This document shows, in pieces, positions 17,634-29,089 of a stretch of 64,000 bases of DNA (position 1 is the first letter of the stretch; each line of letters starts with the position of its first letter). The translations under genes were made by a program, and so were the position numbers. The stretch comes from Pseudolabrys sp. (GTDB lineage Bacteria; Pseudomonadota; Alphaproteobacteria; Rhizobiales; Xanthobacteraceae). Below the pieces are notes generated by a model. It searched no databases. It had not been told where the DNA came from and saw nothing but the letters and a program-made list of their open reading frames with translations. The stretch covers positions 5,665-69,664 of the forward strand of contig JALHNV010000008.1 in the NCBI GenBank assembly GCA_022843325.1. The letters run 5' to 3'.

Positions 17634-19841
17634 CTACGCCGCCTTCTTCGTCTTTGGCGGCGCGAAGCGGCCGTAGAAGGTCTCGTTCTTCTCGGCCATC
17701 TCCAGCAGCAACTTGTTGGGCGCAAAGCGGGCGCCGAACTTCGCCTCGAGCCGCCGGCAGAGCTCGACGAACTTCTTCGTCCCCATCATGTCGATGAAGG
17801 ACAGCGTGCCGCCGGTGAAGGGGGCAAAGCCGAAACCGAGGATGGAGCCGACATCGGCCTCGCGCACGTCGGTCAGCACCTGCTCTTCGAAGCAGCGCGC
17901 GGTCTCCAGCGCCTGAATGCCGAGCAGCCGCATCTTCAACTCGGCGACGTCGATCGAGTCGGGATTGAGTTTGACCGTCTGCAACTCGGCCAGGCCCGGC
18001 CACAGTTTCTTCGGGCCATTGGCGGGATAATCATAGAAACCCTTGCCGTTCTTGCGGCCAAAACGGCCCCGTTTCTCGACCAGTTCCTCCAGCAGGGTCT
18101 TCTGGCGCGGCTCGATGGCGTCCGGTCCGAGATCGGCTTCGGTCGCCTTCAGAATCTTCCACGCCAGGTCAACCGCCACTTCGTCGTTCAGCGACAACGG
18201 GCCGACCGGCATCCCGGCCATGCGGCCGACATTCTCGATCATCGCCGCCGGCACGCCGTCGGCCAGCATCAGATGACCCTCGCGGATATAGGTTCCGACC
18301 ACGCGCGAGGTGTAGAAGCCGCGCGCGTCATTGACCACGATCGGCGTCTTGCGGATGGCGCGGACATAGTCGAGCGCCACCGCCAGCGCCTTGTCGCCGG
18401 TGTCCTTGCCGAGGATGATCTCGACCAGCATCATGCGGTCGACCGGCGAGAAGAAGTGAATGCCGACAAAGCGCGGCGGGTCCTTGAACTCGGATGCCAG
18501 CGACGAGATCGGCAGCGTCGAGGTGTTGGACGCGAACACGGTGTTGTCGCCGATCGCCGCCTGGATTTTGGCAATGACCTCGGACTTGACCTTGCGGTCC
18601 TCGAACACCGCCTCGATCACCAGGTCGCAGCCCTTCAGCGCGCCATAATCGGCGCTCGGCGTGATCAGCGCCAGCAGCCCGTCGCGCTCGGCGCTTTTCA
18701 TGCGGCCCTTGGCGACGCGGTCGCTCAATGACTTGTGCAGCGCCGCCTTGCCCTTCTCGGCCGTCTCTTGGTCGCGATCGATCAGCACGACATTGAGGCC
18801 GGCCGCGGCGCTGACCTGCGCAATGCCGGCGCCCATGAAACCGGCGCCGACCACGCCGACGGTCTTGATGGCCGATGCCGGCGCGCCAGCGGGGCGGCGC
18901 GCGCCCTTGTTGAGGTCCTGCATCGACACGAACAGCGTGCGGATCATCGCGGCCGCTTCCGGGGAGCGCAGGATCTTGGCAAACCAGCGCGACTCGACGC
19001 GCAAGGCAACGTCCATCGGCAATTGCAAGCCTTCATAGACGACCTGCATGATGGCGCGCGCGGCCGGATAATTGTCGTAGGTCTCGCGCCGGTAGATCGC
19101 GTTCGCCGCCGGGAACGTCATCATGCCGGCCTTGGAATAGACCAGCCCGCCGGGAAACTTGAACCCCTTCACATCCCACGGCGCCTCGGCCTTGCCGCCG
19201 GCCTTGATCCACTCCTTCGCCGTCTTTACCAGATCGTCTTGCGGCACCACGGCGTCGATCAGCTTCATCGCCTTGGCGCGGTCGGTCTTGAGCTGGTCGC
19301 CCTTGAGCAGGAATTGCAGCGCATCGGCCGGCTGCAGCATGCGCGCGATGCGCTGCGTACCGCCGGCCCCGGGGAACAGGCCGATCTTGATTTCCGGCAG
19401 CCCCAGCCTTGTCTTCGGATTGTCGGCGGCAACGCGGTGATGACAGGCCAATGCCAGTTCGAAGCCGCCGCCCATCGCCGTGCCGTTGATGGCGCAAACG
19501 AACGGCTTGCCGCAGGTCTCCAGCCGCCGGTAGAGCTGCGACAGCTTGCGGCTTTCCTCGAATACGAAGGCGGCCGCGGCCTCCTCGCCCTGGCTGCGCA
19601 CCTTCTCGGCGTAGATCGCGCCCATGCGCTCCAGCATGGTCAGATCGGCGCCGCCGCAGAACGTATCCTTGCCCGAGGTGATGACCGCGCCCTTGATGGC
19701 GGCGTCACCGGCCACTTTCTCGACGATGCCGGACAGTTCCTCGATCACCTCCATGGTGATGACGTTCATCGACCGGTCGGGCATGTCCCAGGTGACCAGC
19801 GCGATGCCGTCGGCGTCGGTGTCGACTTTGAAATTGGCCAT
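17634..19841 (-). CDS. fadJ: Fatty-acid oxidation complex alpha subunit (enoyl-CoA hydratase/3-hydroxyacyl-CoA dehydrogenase)
   Basis: N-terminal crotonase fold (GGGFELAL, GLPE), VVGAGFMGAGIA, SNTSTLPI, GIHFFSP. Confidence 0.92.
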   Translation of the reverse strand: MANFKVDTDADGIALVTWDMPDRSMNVITMEVIEELSGIVEKVAGDAAIKGAVITSGKDTFCGGADLTMLERMGAIYAEKVRSQGEEAAAAFVFEESRKLSQLYRRLETCGKPFVCAINGTAMGGGFELALACHHRVAADNPKTRLGLPEIKIGLFPGAGGTQRIARMLQPADALQFLLKGDQLKTDRAKAMKLIDAVVPQDDLVKTAKEWIKAGGKAEAPWDVKGFKFPGGLVYSKAGMMTFPAANAIYRRETYDNYPAARAIMQVVYEGLQLPMDVALRVESRWFAKILRSPEAAAMIRTLFVSMQDLNKGARRPAGAPASAIKTVGVVGAGFMGAGIAQVSAAAGLNVVLIDRDQETAEKGKAALHKSLSDRVAKGRMKSAERDGLLALITPSADYGALKGCDLVIEAVFEDRKVKSEVIAKIQAAIGDNTVFASNTSTLPISSLASEFKDPPRFVGIHFFSPVDRMMLVEIILGKDTGDKALAVALDYVRAIRKTPIVVNDARGFYTSRVVGTYIREGHLMLADGVPAAMIENVGRMAGMPVGPLSLNDEVAVDLAWKILKATEADLGPDAIEPRQKTLLEELVEKRGRFGRKNGKGFYDYPANGPKKLWPGLAELQTVKLNPDSIDVAELKMRLLGIQALETARCFEEQVLTDVREADVGSILGFGFAPFTGGTLSFIDMMGTKKFVELCRRLEAKFGARFAPNKLLLEMAEKNETFYGRFAPPKTKKAA

Positions 19842-19856
19842 AACCGTTTCCTTTCT

Positions 19857-19904
19857 ACACCTCCCCCATGGGGCGAGGGCGGCGCACGGCGTGCGCCGGG
19901 TGAG
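19857..19904. repeat. Degenerate family C palindromic element between cupin and fadJ
   Basis: CACCTCCCCCATGGGGCGAGGGCGGCGCACGGCGTGCGCCGGGTGAG resembles the left half of the 39979-40099 element. Confidence 0.55.
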
Positions 19905-19909
19905 TTAGC

Positions 19910-20368
19910 TCAATACGGCTCGCCGTTATTGTGCAGATAGCGGCGGCTCTGTCCGTCACGCACCAGCATCAGATCGACATCCGGATAACGCACGTGTTCG
20001 GTCACCGAGCGCGTGCCGACTTCGAGATAGACCGCGTCACGGGCGCTGCGGTTGAGCAGCCGGTGGGCAATGCCGCTGCCGGCCTTGAAGCCGGCGGCAT
20101 CGCCGGGCTTCAGCACCGTCTCGCCGTCGTTTTCGACGAGCACCAGCTCGCCTTCCAGCATCAGGATGAACTCGTCCTCCTCGGCGTGGCAGTGGCGCAG
20201 CGACGACGCCTGCCCCGGCTCGATGCGGGTGATGTTGACGCCGAACTGCGTGAGCCCCACGGCGTCGCCCAGCGCCTGGCGGTGACGGCCGCGGCATTCG
20301 GATTGGAACTCCGCGGGATACAGGCTGCCGCTTTTGACTGGAACTTTTGTGACGTCGATCTTCGGCAT
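19910..20368 (-). CDS. Cupin-domain protein
   Basis: RHCHAEEDEFILMLEGE and AHRLLN cupin motifs. Confidence 0.88.
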   Translation of the reverse strand: MPKIDVTKVPVKSGSLYPAEFQSECRGRHRQALGDAVGLTQFGVNITRIEPGQASSLRHCHAEEDEFILMLEGELVLVENDGETVLKPGDAAGFKAGSGIAHRLLNRSARDAVYLEVGTRSVTEHVRYPDVDLMLVRDGQSRRYLHNNGEPY

Positions 20369-20461
20369 GTTTCCTCAGCTTTGCGCAGACAAAATTTACA
20401 CAACGGCAACGCATACGGGAGACAGTGTCACCTCGGACTTCCAGAACCGGACGGAAATACC

Positions 20462-21241
20462 ATGCCATCTCCCCAGCATTGCGCGGCTTGCAAAGACGGC
20501 GAGCCGCTCGGCTTCGATTTCGTGATGGCGTTCCAGCCGATCGTGGACATGAGCACGCGCCGGGTGTGGGGCTATGAGGCGCTGGTGCGCGGCACCAATG
20601 GCGAAGGCGCCTTCTCGGTCCTGAGCCGCGTCACCGACGACAACCGCTACCGCTTCGACCAGTTGTGCCGCGTCAAGGCGATCACCGCGGCCAGCGAATT
20701 GTTCCGCGACCCGGAGCTGAAGCTGTCGATCAACTTCATGCCCAACGCGGTCTATGAGCCGGCGGCCTGCATCCGCACCTCGCTCGCCGCCGCCCAGAAA
20801 ACCGGCTTTGCCCGCGAGCGCATCGTTTTCGAGTTCACCGAGAACGAAAAGGTCGACGTGGCGCACGTCAACCGCATCATCGCGGAATACAAGCGGCACG
20901 GTTTCAGCGTGGCGCTGGACGACTTCGGATCCGGTTTCAACGGGCTCGGACTGCTCGCCGATTTCCGCCCCGACTCCATCAAGATCGATATGCACCTGGT
21001 GCGCGGCATCCATTTGTCCCCGACCCGCCAGGCGATCGTCCGCGGCATCCTCGGCATTGCCCGCGAACTCGATATTGCCATCACCGCCGAAGGCGTCGAG
21101 ACCGAAGCCGAACTGACGGTGTTGATGGCGGCCGGCATCACCCGGTTTCAGGGATACTTCTTCGCCAAGCCGGCGATCGGCCAGTTGCCGGCGGTGCCAT
21201 GCCTCGACAGCGCCATGACGGCCGATCGCCTGACCGCCTAG
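20462..21241 (+). CDS. Stand-alone EAL-domain c-di-GMP phosphodiesterase
   Basis: YEALVR, INFMPN, FEFTE, ALDDFGSG, IKID, AEGVET and FQGY all present; N-terminal CAAC. Confidence 0.9.
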   Translation: MPSPQHCAACKDGEPLGFDFVMAFQPIVDMSTRRVWGYEALVRGTNGEGAFSVLSRVTDDNRYRFDQLCRVKAITAASELFRDPELKLSINFMPNAVYEPAACIRTSLAAAQKTGFARERIVFEFTENEKVDVAHVNRIIAEYKRHGFSVALDDFGSGFNGLGLLADFRPDSIKIDMHLVRGIHLSPTRQAIVRGILGIARELDIAITAEGVETEAELTVLMAAGITRFQGYFFAKPAIGQLPAVPCLDSAMTADRLTA

Positions 21242-21264
21242 ACGCCGCTGCGGCCGCATCGCGG

Positions 21265-22473
21265 TCACACCCGCTCGATGATCGTCGCCGTGCCCATGCC
21301 GACGCCGATGCACAGCGTGATCAGGGCGGTCGACTTGCCGGTGCGCTCGAGTTCGTCGAGCACGGTGCCGAGGATCATGGCGCCGGTCGCCCCAAGCGGA
21401 TGACCCATGGCGATGGCACCGCCGTTGACGTTGATCTTGTCGTGCGGAATGTCCAGCGCCTGCATGTAGCGCAGCACGACCGAGGCAAAGGCCTCGTTCA
21501 ATTCCCACAGGTCGATGTCCTTCGTGGTCATGCCGGCTTTCTTTAGCACCTTTTCGGTCACCGGGATCGGCCCGGTCAGCATGATCGACGGCTCGGAGCC
21601 GATATTGGCAAACTGGCGGATGCGGGCACGAGGCTTCAAGCCGTTGCGTTCACCGGCTTCCTTGCTGCCGATCAGCACCGCGGCGGCGCCGTCGACAATG
21701 CCGGAGGAATTGCCCGGCGTGTGCACGTGGTTGATCGCCTCGACTTCAGGATAGCGCTGCACCGCGACCGCGTCGAAGCCGGCCATCTCGCCCATCTGCA
21801 CGAATGACGGCTGCAGTCCGGCCAGCGACTGCATGGTCGTCGACGGCCGCATGTGCTCGTCCTTGGCGAGGATGGTGAGCCCGTTGATGTCCTTGACGGG
21901 CATCACCGAATTCTTGAACCGCCCCTCGTCCCACGAGCGCGCGGCGCGCTGCTGGCTTTCCACCGCATAGGCGTCGACGTCATCGCGCGAGAAGCCATAC
22001 TTGGTGGCGATCAGGTCGGCCGAGATGCCTTGCGGCAGGAAATAGGTCGCCACCGCGATCGACGGATCGACCGGCCAGGCGCCGCCGGCGGCGCCGATGC
22101 CGACGCGGCTCATCGATTCGACACCACCGCCGATAGTCATCTCATGCTGGCCGGACATGACCTCGGCGGCGGCGAAATTCACAGCATCGAGACCCGACGC
22201 ACAGAAGCGGTTGATCTGGATGCCGGGCACGTGGTCGCCGAGACCCGCCACCAGTGCCGCGGCGCGGGCGATGTCGCCGCCGGCCTCGCCGACCGGATCG
22301 ACGCAGCCCAGCACCACGTCGTCGAGTTCGCGCGAGTCGAGCTTGTTGCGGTCGCGGATCGCCGCCAGCGTCTGCGCCGCCAGATTGAGCGCGGTGACCT
22401 CATGCAGCGCGCCGTCGGCCTTGCCGCGTCCGCGCGGTGTACGCACGTGGTCGTAAATGAATGCATCGGCCAT
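21265..22473 (-). CDS. Acetyl-CoA C-acyltransferase (thiolase)
   Basis: [29 protein letters not shown]. Confidence 0.93.
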   Translation of the reverse strand: MADAFIYDHVRTPRGRGKADGALHEVTALNLAAQTLAAIRDRNKLDSRELDDVVLGCVDPVGEAGGDIARAAALVAGLGDHVPGIQINRFCASGLDAVNFAAAEVMSGQHEMTIGGGVESMSRVGIGAAGGAWPVDPSIAVATYFLPQGISADLIATKYGFSRDDVDAYAVESQQRAARSWDEGRFKNSVMPVKDINGLTILAKDEHMRPSTTMQSLAGLQPSFVQMGEMAGFDAVAVQRYPEVEAINHVHTPGNSSGIVDGAAAVLIGSKEAGERNGLKPRARIRQFANIGSEPSIMLTGPIPVTEKVLKKAGMTTKDIDLWELNEAFASVVLRYMQALDIPHDKINVNGGAIAMGHPLGATGAMILGTVLDELERTGKSTALITLCIGVGMGTATIIERV

Positions 22474-22498
22474 GTCGTGCCTCTCCAATCTATCGATT

Positions 22499-22581
22499 GT
22501 CATGCCCGGCTTCATGCCGGGCATCCACGCCTTACTTGCCGAGATGAAGTCGTGGATGGCCGGGACAAGCCCGGCCATGAC
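22499..22581. repeat. REP-like element (family A) inside the acyl-CoA dehydrogenase-thiolase operon
   Basis: GTCATGCCCGGCTTCATGCCGGGCATCCAC...GTGGATGGCCGGGACAAGCCCGGCCATGAC. Confidence 0.88.
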
Positions 22582-22608
22582 GCAGAAAATGACGCACGTC
22601 CGTTTCCA

Positions 22609-23766
22609 TCACAAGCTTCTCGCAATAAGCAGCTTCATGATCTCGTTTGTTCCCGCGTAAATGCGCAGCACGCGCGCATCGCGATACATCCGCGAGATCG
22701 GATATTCGTCCATATAACCATAGCCGCCGAACAATTGCAGACAGCGGTCGATCACTTTGCCTTGCGTGTCGGTGAGCCGGTATTTCGCCATCGACGCCGT
22801 GACGGTGTCGAGTCTGCCCTCGACATGCAGGCCGATGCAATGGTCGAGAAACACTTTGGCGATGGTCGCGTCGGTCTTGCATTCCGCCAGTTCGAATTGC
22901 GTATTCTGGAACTCGATGATGGCCTTGCCGAAAGCCTGACGCTGCTTGGTGTAATCGATGGTGAGTGCCACGGCGCGCTCCATCATCGCCACCGCGTTGA
23001 CGGCGACAATCAGCCGCTCCTGCGGCAATTCCTTCATCAACTGGTAGAAGCCCTGCCCCTCCTCGCTGCCCAGCAGGCTGGTGGCGGGAAGCGGCACGTC
23101 CTCGAAGAACAGCTCCGAGGTGTCGGCCGAATCCATGCCGAGCTTCTTCAGCTTGCGGCCGCGGCGGAAGCCCGGCGCGTCGTCGGTCTCGACCACGAAC
23201 AGCGAGGTGCCCTTGGCGCCGGCTTTCGGATCGGTCTTGGCAACGACGATGACCAGGTTGGCGTGCTGGCCGTTGGTGATGAAGGTCTTTGAGCCGTTCA
23301 GCACATAGCCGTTGCCGGACTTCTTGGCGCTGGCGCGCACGCCCTGCAGATCGGAGCCGGTGCCGGGCTCGGTCATGGCAATGGCGCCGACCATCTCGCC
23401 GGTGGCAAGCTTCGGCAGCCAGCGCTGCTTCTGCTCCTCGGTGCCGTAATGCAGGATATAGGGAGCGACGATGCCCGAGTGCAGCGGTGCACCGAAGGTA
23501 TCGAAACCGGCCAGTGACAGTTCGCGATTGATCACCGCCTCGTGGGCGAAGCTGCCGCCGGCGCCGCCGTATTCTTCCGGCATCGCCGCGCACAGCAGGC
23601 CGGCGGCGCCGGCCTTCGTCCAGACGTCGCGGTCATAGATGCCGGCCTCATGCCAGCGGTCGAGATGCGGCACGAACGTGTCGGCGATGAAGCGCCGCGC
23701 CTGCTCTTCGAGCAGGACGAGGTCCTCGGTCATCCACCCCGGCCGTGGGACGTTGAGGGCATTCAT
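22609..23766 (-). CDS. Acyl-CoA dehydrogenase
   Basis: AMTEPGTGSDL, NGSKTFITNG, FGGYGYMDEYPISRMYRDARVLRIYAGTNE. Confidence 0.93.
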   Translation of the reverse strand: MNALNVPRPGWMTEDLVLLEEQARRFIADTFVPHLDRWHEAGIYDRDVWTKAGAAGLLCAAMPEEYGGAGGSFAHEAVINRELSLAGFDTFGAPLHSGIVAPYILHYGTEEQKQRWLPKLATGEMVGAIAMTEPGTGSDLQGVRASAKKSGNGYVLNGSKTFITNGQHANLVIVVAKTDPKAGAKGTSLFVVETDDAPGFRRGRKLKKLGMDSADTSELFFEDVPLPATSLLGSEEGQGFYQLMKELPQERLIVAVNAVAMMERAVALTIDYTKQRQAFGKAIIEFQNTQFELAECKTDATIAKVFLDHCIGLHVEGRLDTVTASMAKYRLTDTQGKVIDRCLQLFGGYGYMDEYPISRMYRDARVLRIYAGTNEIMKLLIARSL

Positions 23767-23919
23767 CGGCACGCCCTTATTGAATCGAATCGCCGCCGAC
23801 AGCACCATAAAGCCCGTCAGCCCGCCAAGCGAGAGGCCCCCATTGCGGCCGTCGCGGTAAGCGATGGATTGCCCGGGCCGTCGGTGTTACGACCGGTGCT
23901 GCCAGCCGGGTTTTTCATC

Positions 23920-25161
23920 ATGACCCCACCAGCGGATATCAATTCCGGCCGTCCGACCGACTCCGCCGCCGCCTGGCTGCGGCTGAGCATTGCCATGGCG
24001 CTCAGCACCATCGGCGGCGTCGGCATGTGGTCGTTCATGGTGGCGCTGCCGGCGATCCAGACCGATTTCGGCATCGGCCGCGCCGAGGCCTCATTGCCTT
24101 TCACCTTCGCCATGATCGGCTTTGCCTGCGGCGGCGTGGCGATGGGCCGGCTGGCCGACCGGTTCGGCATCGCGGTGCCGCTTGCGCTCGGCACGCTGCT
24201 GCTCGGCCTCGGCTACCTCGCCGTCGGTCAGGCCTCGAGCCTGTGGCAGGTGGCGCTGGCGCACGGACTGCTGATTGGTGTCGGCAGTTCGGCCACCTTC
24301 GGCCCGCTGATGGCCGACATTTCGCACTGGTTCGTCCGCCGCCGCGGCATTGCCGTCGCCATCGCCGCCTCCGGCAACTATCTCGCCGGCACAATCTGGC
24401 CTCCGGTGGTGCAGCATTTCATTGCCAGCGATGGCTGGCGCACCACCCACACTGGCATCGGCCTGCTGCTTGTCGTCACCATGCTGCCGCTGGTGTTCCT
24501 GCTGCGCAAACGGATCGACACCGGTCACACGGTGATCGACAGCGCCGCCGCGGCGCGGCGCCAGGCGGCGATGCCGTTCTCGCCCGGCACACTCCAGGTG
24601 CTGCTGTGCATCGCCGGTGTCGCCTGCTGCGTGGCGATGGCGATGCCGCAGGTGCACATCGTCGCCTACTGCGGCGACCTCGGTTACGGCGTGGCGCGCG
24701 GCGCCGAGATGCTGTCGCTGATGCTCGGCTTCGGCATCATCAGCCGCGTCGCCTCCGGCTTCATCGCCGACCGCATCGGCGGCGTGCGCACGCTGCTGCT
24801 CGGCTCGGTGCTACAGGGCGCAGCGCTGGTGCTGTACCTGACGTTCGACGGGCTGTTCTCGCTCTATGTGATCTCGGCGCTGTTCGGCCTGTTTCAGGGC
24901 GGCATCGTTCCGAGCTACGCCATCATCGTGCGCGAGTATTTTCCGCCCAGCCAGGCCGGAACCCGCGTCGGGCTGGTGCTGATGGCAACGCTGCTGGGCA
25001 TGGCCCTGGGCGGCTGGATGTCAGGTGCGATCTTTGATTTTTCCGGCTCGTATCAGGCCGCTTTCCTGAACGGCATCGCCTGGAATTTGGTCAACGTCAT
25101 GATCATGACATGGATGCTGATGCGCTCGCGCCGGCGGCCGGCATTTGTCCCTGCTGCATGA
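23920..25161 (+). CDS. MFS transporter
   Basis: About 12 hydrophobic segments; GRLADRFG and GFIADRIG MFS motif A. Confidence 0.88.
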   Translation: MTPPADINSGRPTDSAAAWLRLSIAMALSTIGGVGMWSFMVALPAIQTDFGIGRAEASLPFTFAMIGFACGGVAMGRLADRFGIAVPLALGTLLLGLGYLAVGQASSLWQVALAHGLLIGVGSSATFGPLMADISHWFVRRRGIAVAIAASGNYLAGTIWPPVVQHFIASDGWRTTHTGIGLLLVVTMLPLVFLLRKRIDTGHTVIDSAAAARRQAAMPFSPGTLQVLLCIAGVACCVAMAMPQVHIVAYCGDLGYGVARGAEMLSLMLGFGIISRVASGFIADRIGGVRTLLLGSVLQGAALVLYLTFDGLFSLYVISALFGLFQGGIVPSYAIIVREYFPPSQAGTRVGLVLMATLLGMALGGWMSGAIFDFSGSYQAAFLNGIAWNLVNVMIMTWMLMRSRRRPAFVPAA

Positions 25162-25357
25162 TATTCGGCATGGCGGCAAAAAGACCTTCTGCAAACTTCG
25201 TGTGCACCAGATCGATCACATGCAACCAAGAATTGATGGTGCCCGATCTTGACAAATCGGCTGTAAACCGAAAAACGCATGTGGGAACTTAAGTGCGCAT
25301 GAACGCTATCCGAAAACTGGCACCCATTCGGGATCATGCGCTGAGCGGGGGCTCGGT

Positions 25358-25915
25358 ATGGAATTCAAAGTGGCCCGGCCGGACGTAGTCCGGGCGATCA
25401 ATCAGCGCTGGCTGCTCAAATTCTGGCAGCGCAGCCTTGGCGGCTGTCGCATCCCGGCATGGCAGGCGGTCGAGAGTGAAGATCTCAGCCGCGTATTGAC
25501 CAATGTGAGTTTTATCGAGGTCAGCGGCACCGGCGACAGCACGCGCTACCGGATAGCATTTCACGGCACCACGGTCGGCTTGGTCTATGGCTCGGACGAC
25601 TGCCGCGGCAAATATCTCGACGAGGTCATCCCGGCGCACAACGCCAGCGCGTTCGCTGCCTACCGGCAGGCGATCGACAGCGCCTCTCCGGTCTATACCA
25701 TCCACGACATCGCCGACCGCAACGGTCGTGTGGTCGCCTACGAGCGGCTGCTGCTGCCTTTTGCGACGACCGGTGAAACCGTCAACCGCATCCTGGTGGC
25801 TTTTGAGTTCATCTGTGAAGACGGCGGCTTCGAACGCCACGAACTGATGAAGTCGCAGGCGGCGCCGCCGGTCTTGCGGCTGTCGGCAACCATCCAGATC
25901 CGGGCCATGGCTTAA
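25358..25915 (+). CDS. Single PAS-like (PAS_5-type) domain protein
   Basis: FHGTTVGLVYG...GKYLDE, YERLLLPF pattern; no output domain. Confidence 0.65.
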   Translation: MEFKVARPDVVRAINQRWLLKFWQRSLGGCRIPAWQAVESEDLSRVLTNVSFIEVSGTGDSTRYRIAFHGTTVGLVYGSDDCRGKYLDEVIPAHNASAFAAYRQAIDSASPVYTIHDIADRNGRVVAYERLLLPFATTGETVNRILVAFEFICEDGGFERHELMKSQAAPPVLRLSATIQIRAMA

Positions 25916-25936
25916 GCCGCCGCGCCCGGCGCCGGC

Positions 25937-28900
25937 TTAAGCCGTCGGTGGCGATGGGTTCGGCATCGCAGCCGGTGCTTGATCAGCCGCAGGCCTGCGG
26001 GCAAACATCCGCCTGACCGCCACATAGAGCAGCGGGATGAAGAAAATCCCGAGCACTGTGGCGGCGATCATGCCGCCCATGACGCCGATGCCGATCGAGT
26101 TCTGCGCGCCTGAGCCGGCGCCGCTGGCAATCGCCAGCGGCGTGACGCCGAGGATAAAGGCGAACGACGTCATCAGGATCGGCCGCAAGCGCTGGCGGGC
26201 CGCTTCCAGCGTCGCATCGACCAGACTCATGCCGGACGCCTGCTTTTCAATAGCGAACTCGACGATCAGAATGGCGTTCTTGGCCGTCAAACCGATGGTC
26301 GTCAGCAATCCAACCTTGAAGTAGACGTCGTTGGTCTGGCCGAACAAAAGCGCGGCCAGCAAAGCGCCGAAAATACCGATCGGCACCGACAGCATCACCG
26401 CCAACGGGATCGACCAGCTTTCGTACAACGCCGCCAGACACAGAAAAACGACGAGGATCGAGATGGCGTAAAGCGCGGTCGCCTGATTGCCCGACAATCG
26501 TTCCTGCGCCGACAGACCGGTCCATGCCAGCCCGTAGCCGGGGGGCAGTTGCGCCACAAGCCGATCGATCTCCTCCATGCCGGCGCCGGACGACACGCCC
26601 GGTGCGGCCTGACCCTGGATTTCAACCGCGGCCGAGCCGTTATAGCGCTCGAGCCGAGGCGAGCCGAAGGTCCAGCGGCCGGTGGCGAAGGCCGAGAACG
26701 GCACCATGACGCCGGACGCGTTGCGCACGTGCCACCGCTCCAGATCCTGCGGCTGCATGCGGAAGTCCATGTCGGACTGCAGATAGACTCGTTTGACGCG
26801 GCCGCGATCGATGAAGTCGTTGACGTAATTGCTGCCCCAGGCCGTCGACAGCGTGGTGTTGATGTCGAGCAGGTTGATGCCAAGCGCGCTCGCCTTTTCC
26901 TGGTCGATCTCGACCGAATACTGCGGCTGGTCCTCCTGGCCGTTCGGCCGGGTATTGGCGATCACCGTGCTCTTGCTGGCCAGACCGAGCAACTGATTGC
27001 GCGTTTCGATCAGCTTGGCGTGGCCGGCGTTGTTGATATCCTGCAGGTAAAAGACAAAGCCGCTGGTATTGCCCATGCCCTGGATCGCGGGCGGCGCCAG
27101 CGCGAAGGCCATGCCGTCCTTGATGGCGCGGAACGCCCCCATCGCCCTCCCGGCGACCGCCGAAGCGGACAGATTCGGGTCGCTGCGCTCGTCGAACGGT
27201 TTCAGCGGCATGAAGGCGAGGCCGACGTTCTGTCCCTGCCCGCCGAAGCTGAAGCCCGCCACCGTGAACACGCCTTCGACGGCGTCCTTCTCCTGCGTCA
27301 TGAAGTGGTCCCGGACCTGATCCAGCGTCCGCAGCGTGCGATCCTGGGTGGCCCCGACCGGAAGCTGGACGATGGCGATCAAAATGCCCTGGTCTTCCTG
27401 CGGCAGAAATGAATCCGGCAGCCGCACGAACATCACGCCCATGACGGCGACGAGCGCCACGAACATCAGCAGGAAACGCTTCGACCGGCCGATGATGCCG
27501 CCGGTGCCGCTGCGATAGGCGCGCGTGCCGCGGTCGAAATTGCGGTTGAACCAGCCGAACAGACCCTTGCGCGCGGTGTGGTCCTTGGCGGGCCGCAGCA
27601 AGGTCGCGCACAGCGCCGGCGTCAGGATCAGCGCGACGATGACCGACAGCACCATGGCCGTCACGATCGTGATCGAGAACTGCCGGTAGATGACGCCGAC
27701 CGAGCCGCCGAAGAACGCCATCGGCACGAACACCGCGGACAGCACGGTCGTGATGCCGATCAGGGCGCCGGTGATCTCGTCCATCGATTTGCGCGTCGCC
27801 TCCTTGGGCGGCAGCCCCTCCTCCTGCATGACGCGTTCGACGTTCTCGACCACGACGATGGCGTCGTCGACCAGAAGGCCGATCGCCAGCACCATGGCGA
27901 ACATGGTCAGTGTATTGATCGAGTAGCCGAGCACCGCCAGCACGCCAAAGGTGCCGAGCAGAACCACCGGGATCGCCAGCGTCGGGATCAGCGTGGCACG
28001 GAAGTTCTGCAGAAAAACAAACATCACGATGAAGACGAGGATGACCGCTTCAATCAGGGTCTGCACCACGCCTTTGATCGACAGCACCACGAAAGGAGTC
28101 GTGTCGTAGGGATAGATCGCCTCGACGCCGGGCGGGAAGGTCGCGGACAGGCGGGCAACCGTCGCTTTCACGGCTTCGGCGGTACTGATGGCGTTGGCGC
28201 CGGTGGCCAGATTGATGGCGAGACCAGCCGCCGGCATGCCGTTATAGGCGGCGCGCGTGGTGTAGGTTTCGGCGCCGAGTTCGACCGTGGCGACATCGTT
28301 CAGCCGCACCAGCGAGCCGTCCTCCGCGCTCTTGAGAATGATGTTGCGGAACTGCTCCGGCGTCTGCAGCCGGCTTTGCGCTGTGACCGTAGCGTTGAGC
28401 TGTTGTCCGGGACGCGCCGGCAGCCCGCCAAGCTGGCCGGCGGACACCTGTGTGTTCTGCGCCTGGATCGCGTTGGCAACGTCGCTCGGCATCAGCGCGT
28501 ATTTGGACAGCCGGTCGGGATCCATCCAGATACGCATCGCGTAGTTGGAGCCGAACAACTGGGTGTCGCCGACGCCCGGCACCCGCCGGATGGTATCGTT
28601 GAGGACGCTGCCGACATAATCGGCCAGATCGGTCGATGACAGTTTGCCGTCGGTCGAGACGAAGCCGATCACCATCAGAAAGCCGGTGGAGGACTTGGTC
28701 GCGGACAATCCGGTCGCCTGCACGATCTGCGGCAGCAGCGGCGTCACCAGTTGCAGCTTGTTCTGCACCTGCATCTGCGCGATGTCGGGATTGGCGGCGC
28801 TGGTGAAAGTCAGCGTTGTCTGCGCCTGCCCCGTCGAGGTCGACGTCGACGTCATGTAGTCGAGATTGTCGATGCCGGTCATGCCCTGCTCGATGACCTT

Positions 28901-29086
28901 GGTCACCGAGTTTTCGACAGTCTGCGCGTCCGCGCCGGGATAGTTTGCTGTTATGCTCACCGTGGTCGGCGCAATCTGCGGGTATTGCGAGATCGGCAGG
29001 ATGGTCAGCGCCAGCAGGCCACCGAGCATGATCGTGATAGCGATCACCCAGGCAAAAATCGGCCGGTCGATGAAAAAACGCGACAT
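25937..29086 (-). CDS. RND efflux permease, AcrB/MexB (HAE1) family
   Basis: [49 protein letters not shown]. Confidence 0.96.
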   Translation of the reverse strand: MSRFFIDRPIFAWVIAITIMLGGLLALTILPISQYPQIAPTTVSITANYPGADAQTVENSVTKVIEQGMTGIDNLDYMTSTSTSTGQAQTTLTFTSAANPDIAQMQVQNKLQLVTPLLPQIVQATGLSATKSSTGFLMVIGFVSTDGKLSSTDLADYVGSVLNDTIRRVPGVGDTQLFGSNYAMRIWMDPDRLSKYALMPSDVANAIQAQNTQVSAGQLGGLPARPGQQLNATVTAQSRLQTPEQFRNIILKSAEDGSLVRLNDVATVELGAETYTTRAAYNGMPAAGLAINLATGANAISTAEAVKATVARLSATFPPGVEAIYPYDTTPFVVLSIKGVVQTLIEAVILVFIVMFVFLQNFRATLIPTLAIPVVLLGTFGVLAVLGYSINTLTMFAMVLAIGLLVDDAIVVVENVERVMQEEGLPPKEATRKSMDEITGALIGITTVLSAVFVPMAFFGGSVGVIYRQFSITIVTAMVLSVIVALILTPALCATLLRPAKDHTARKGLFGWFNRNFDRGTRAYRSGTGGIIGRSKRFLLMFVALVAVMGVMFVRLPDSFLPQEDQGILIAIVQLPVGATQDRTLRTLDQVRDHFMTQEKDAVEGVFTVAGFSFGGQGQNVGLAFMPLKPFDERSDPNLSASAVAGRAMGAFRAIKDGMAFALAPPAIQGMGNTSGFVFYLQDINNAGHAKLIETRNQLLGLASKSTVIANTRPNGQEDQPQYSVEIDQEKASALGINLLDINTTLSTAWGSNYVNDFIDRGRVKRVYLQSDMDFRMQPQDLERWHVRNASGVMVPFSAFATGRWTFGSPRLERYNGSAAVEIQGQAAPGVSSGAGMEEIDRLVAQLPPGYGLAWTGLSAQERLSGNQATALYAISILVVFLCLAALYESWSIPLAVMLSVPIGIFGALLAALLFGQTNDVYFKVGLLTTIGLTAKNAILIVEFAIEKQASGMSLVDATLEAARQRLRPILMTSFAFILGVTPLAIASGAGSGAQNSIGIGVMGGMIAATVLGIFFIPLLYVAVRRMFARRPAADQAPAAMPNPSPPTA

Positions 29087-29089
29087 CGC

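Noticed and set aside
20369-20461. c-di-GMP riboswitch upstream of the EAL gene
   Set aside because: No GEMM-type GAAA tetraloop/receptor architecture recognisable; region short.
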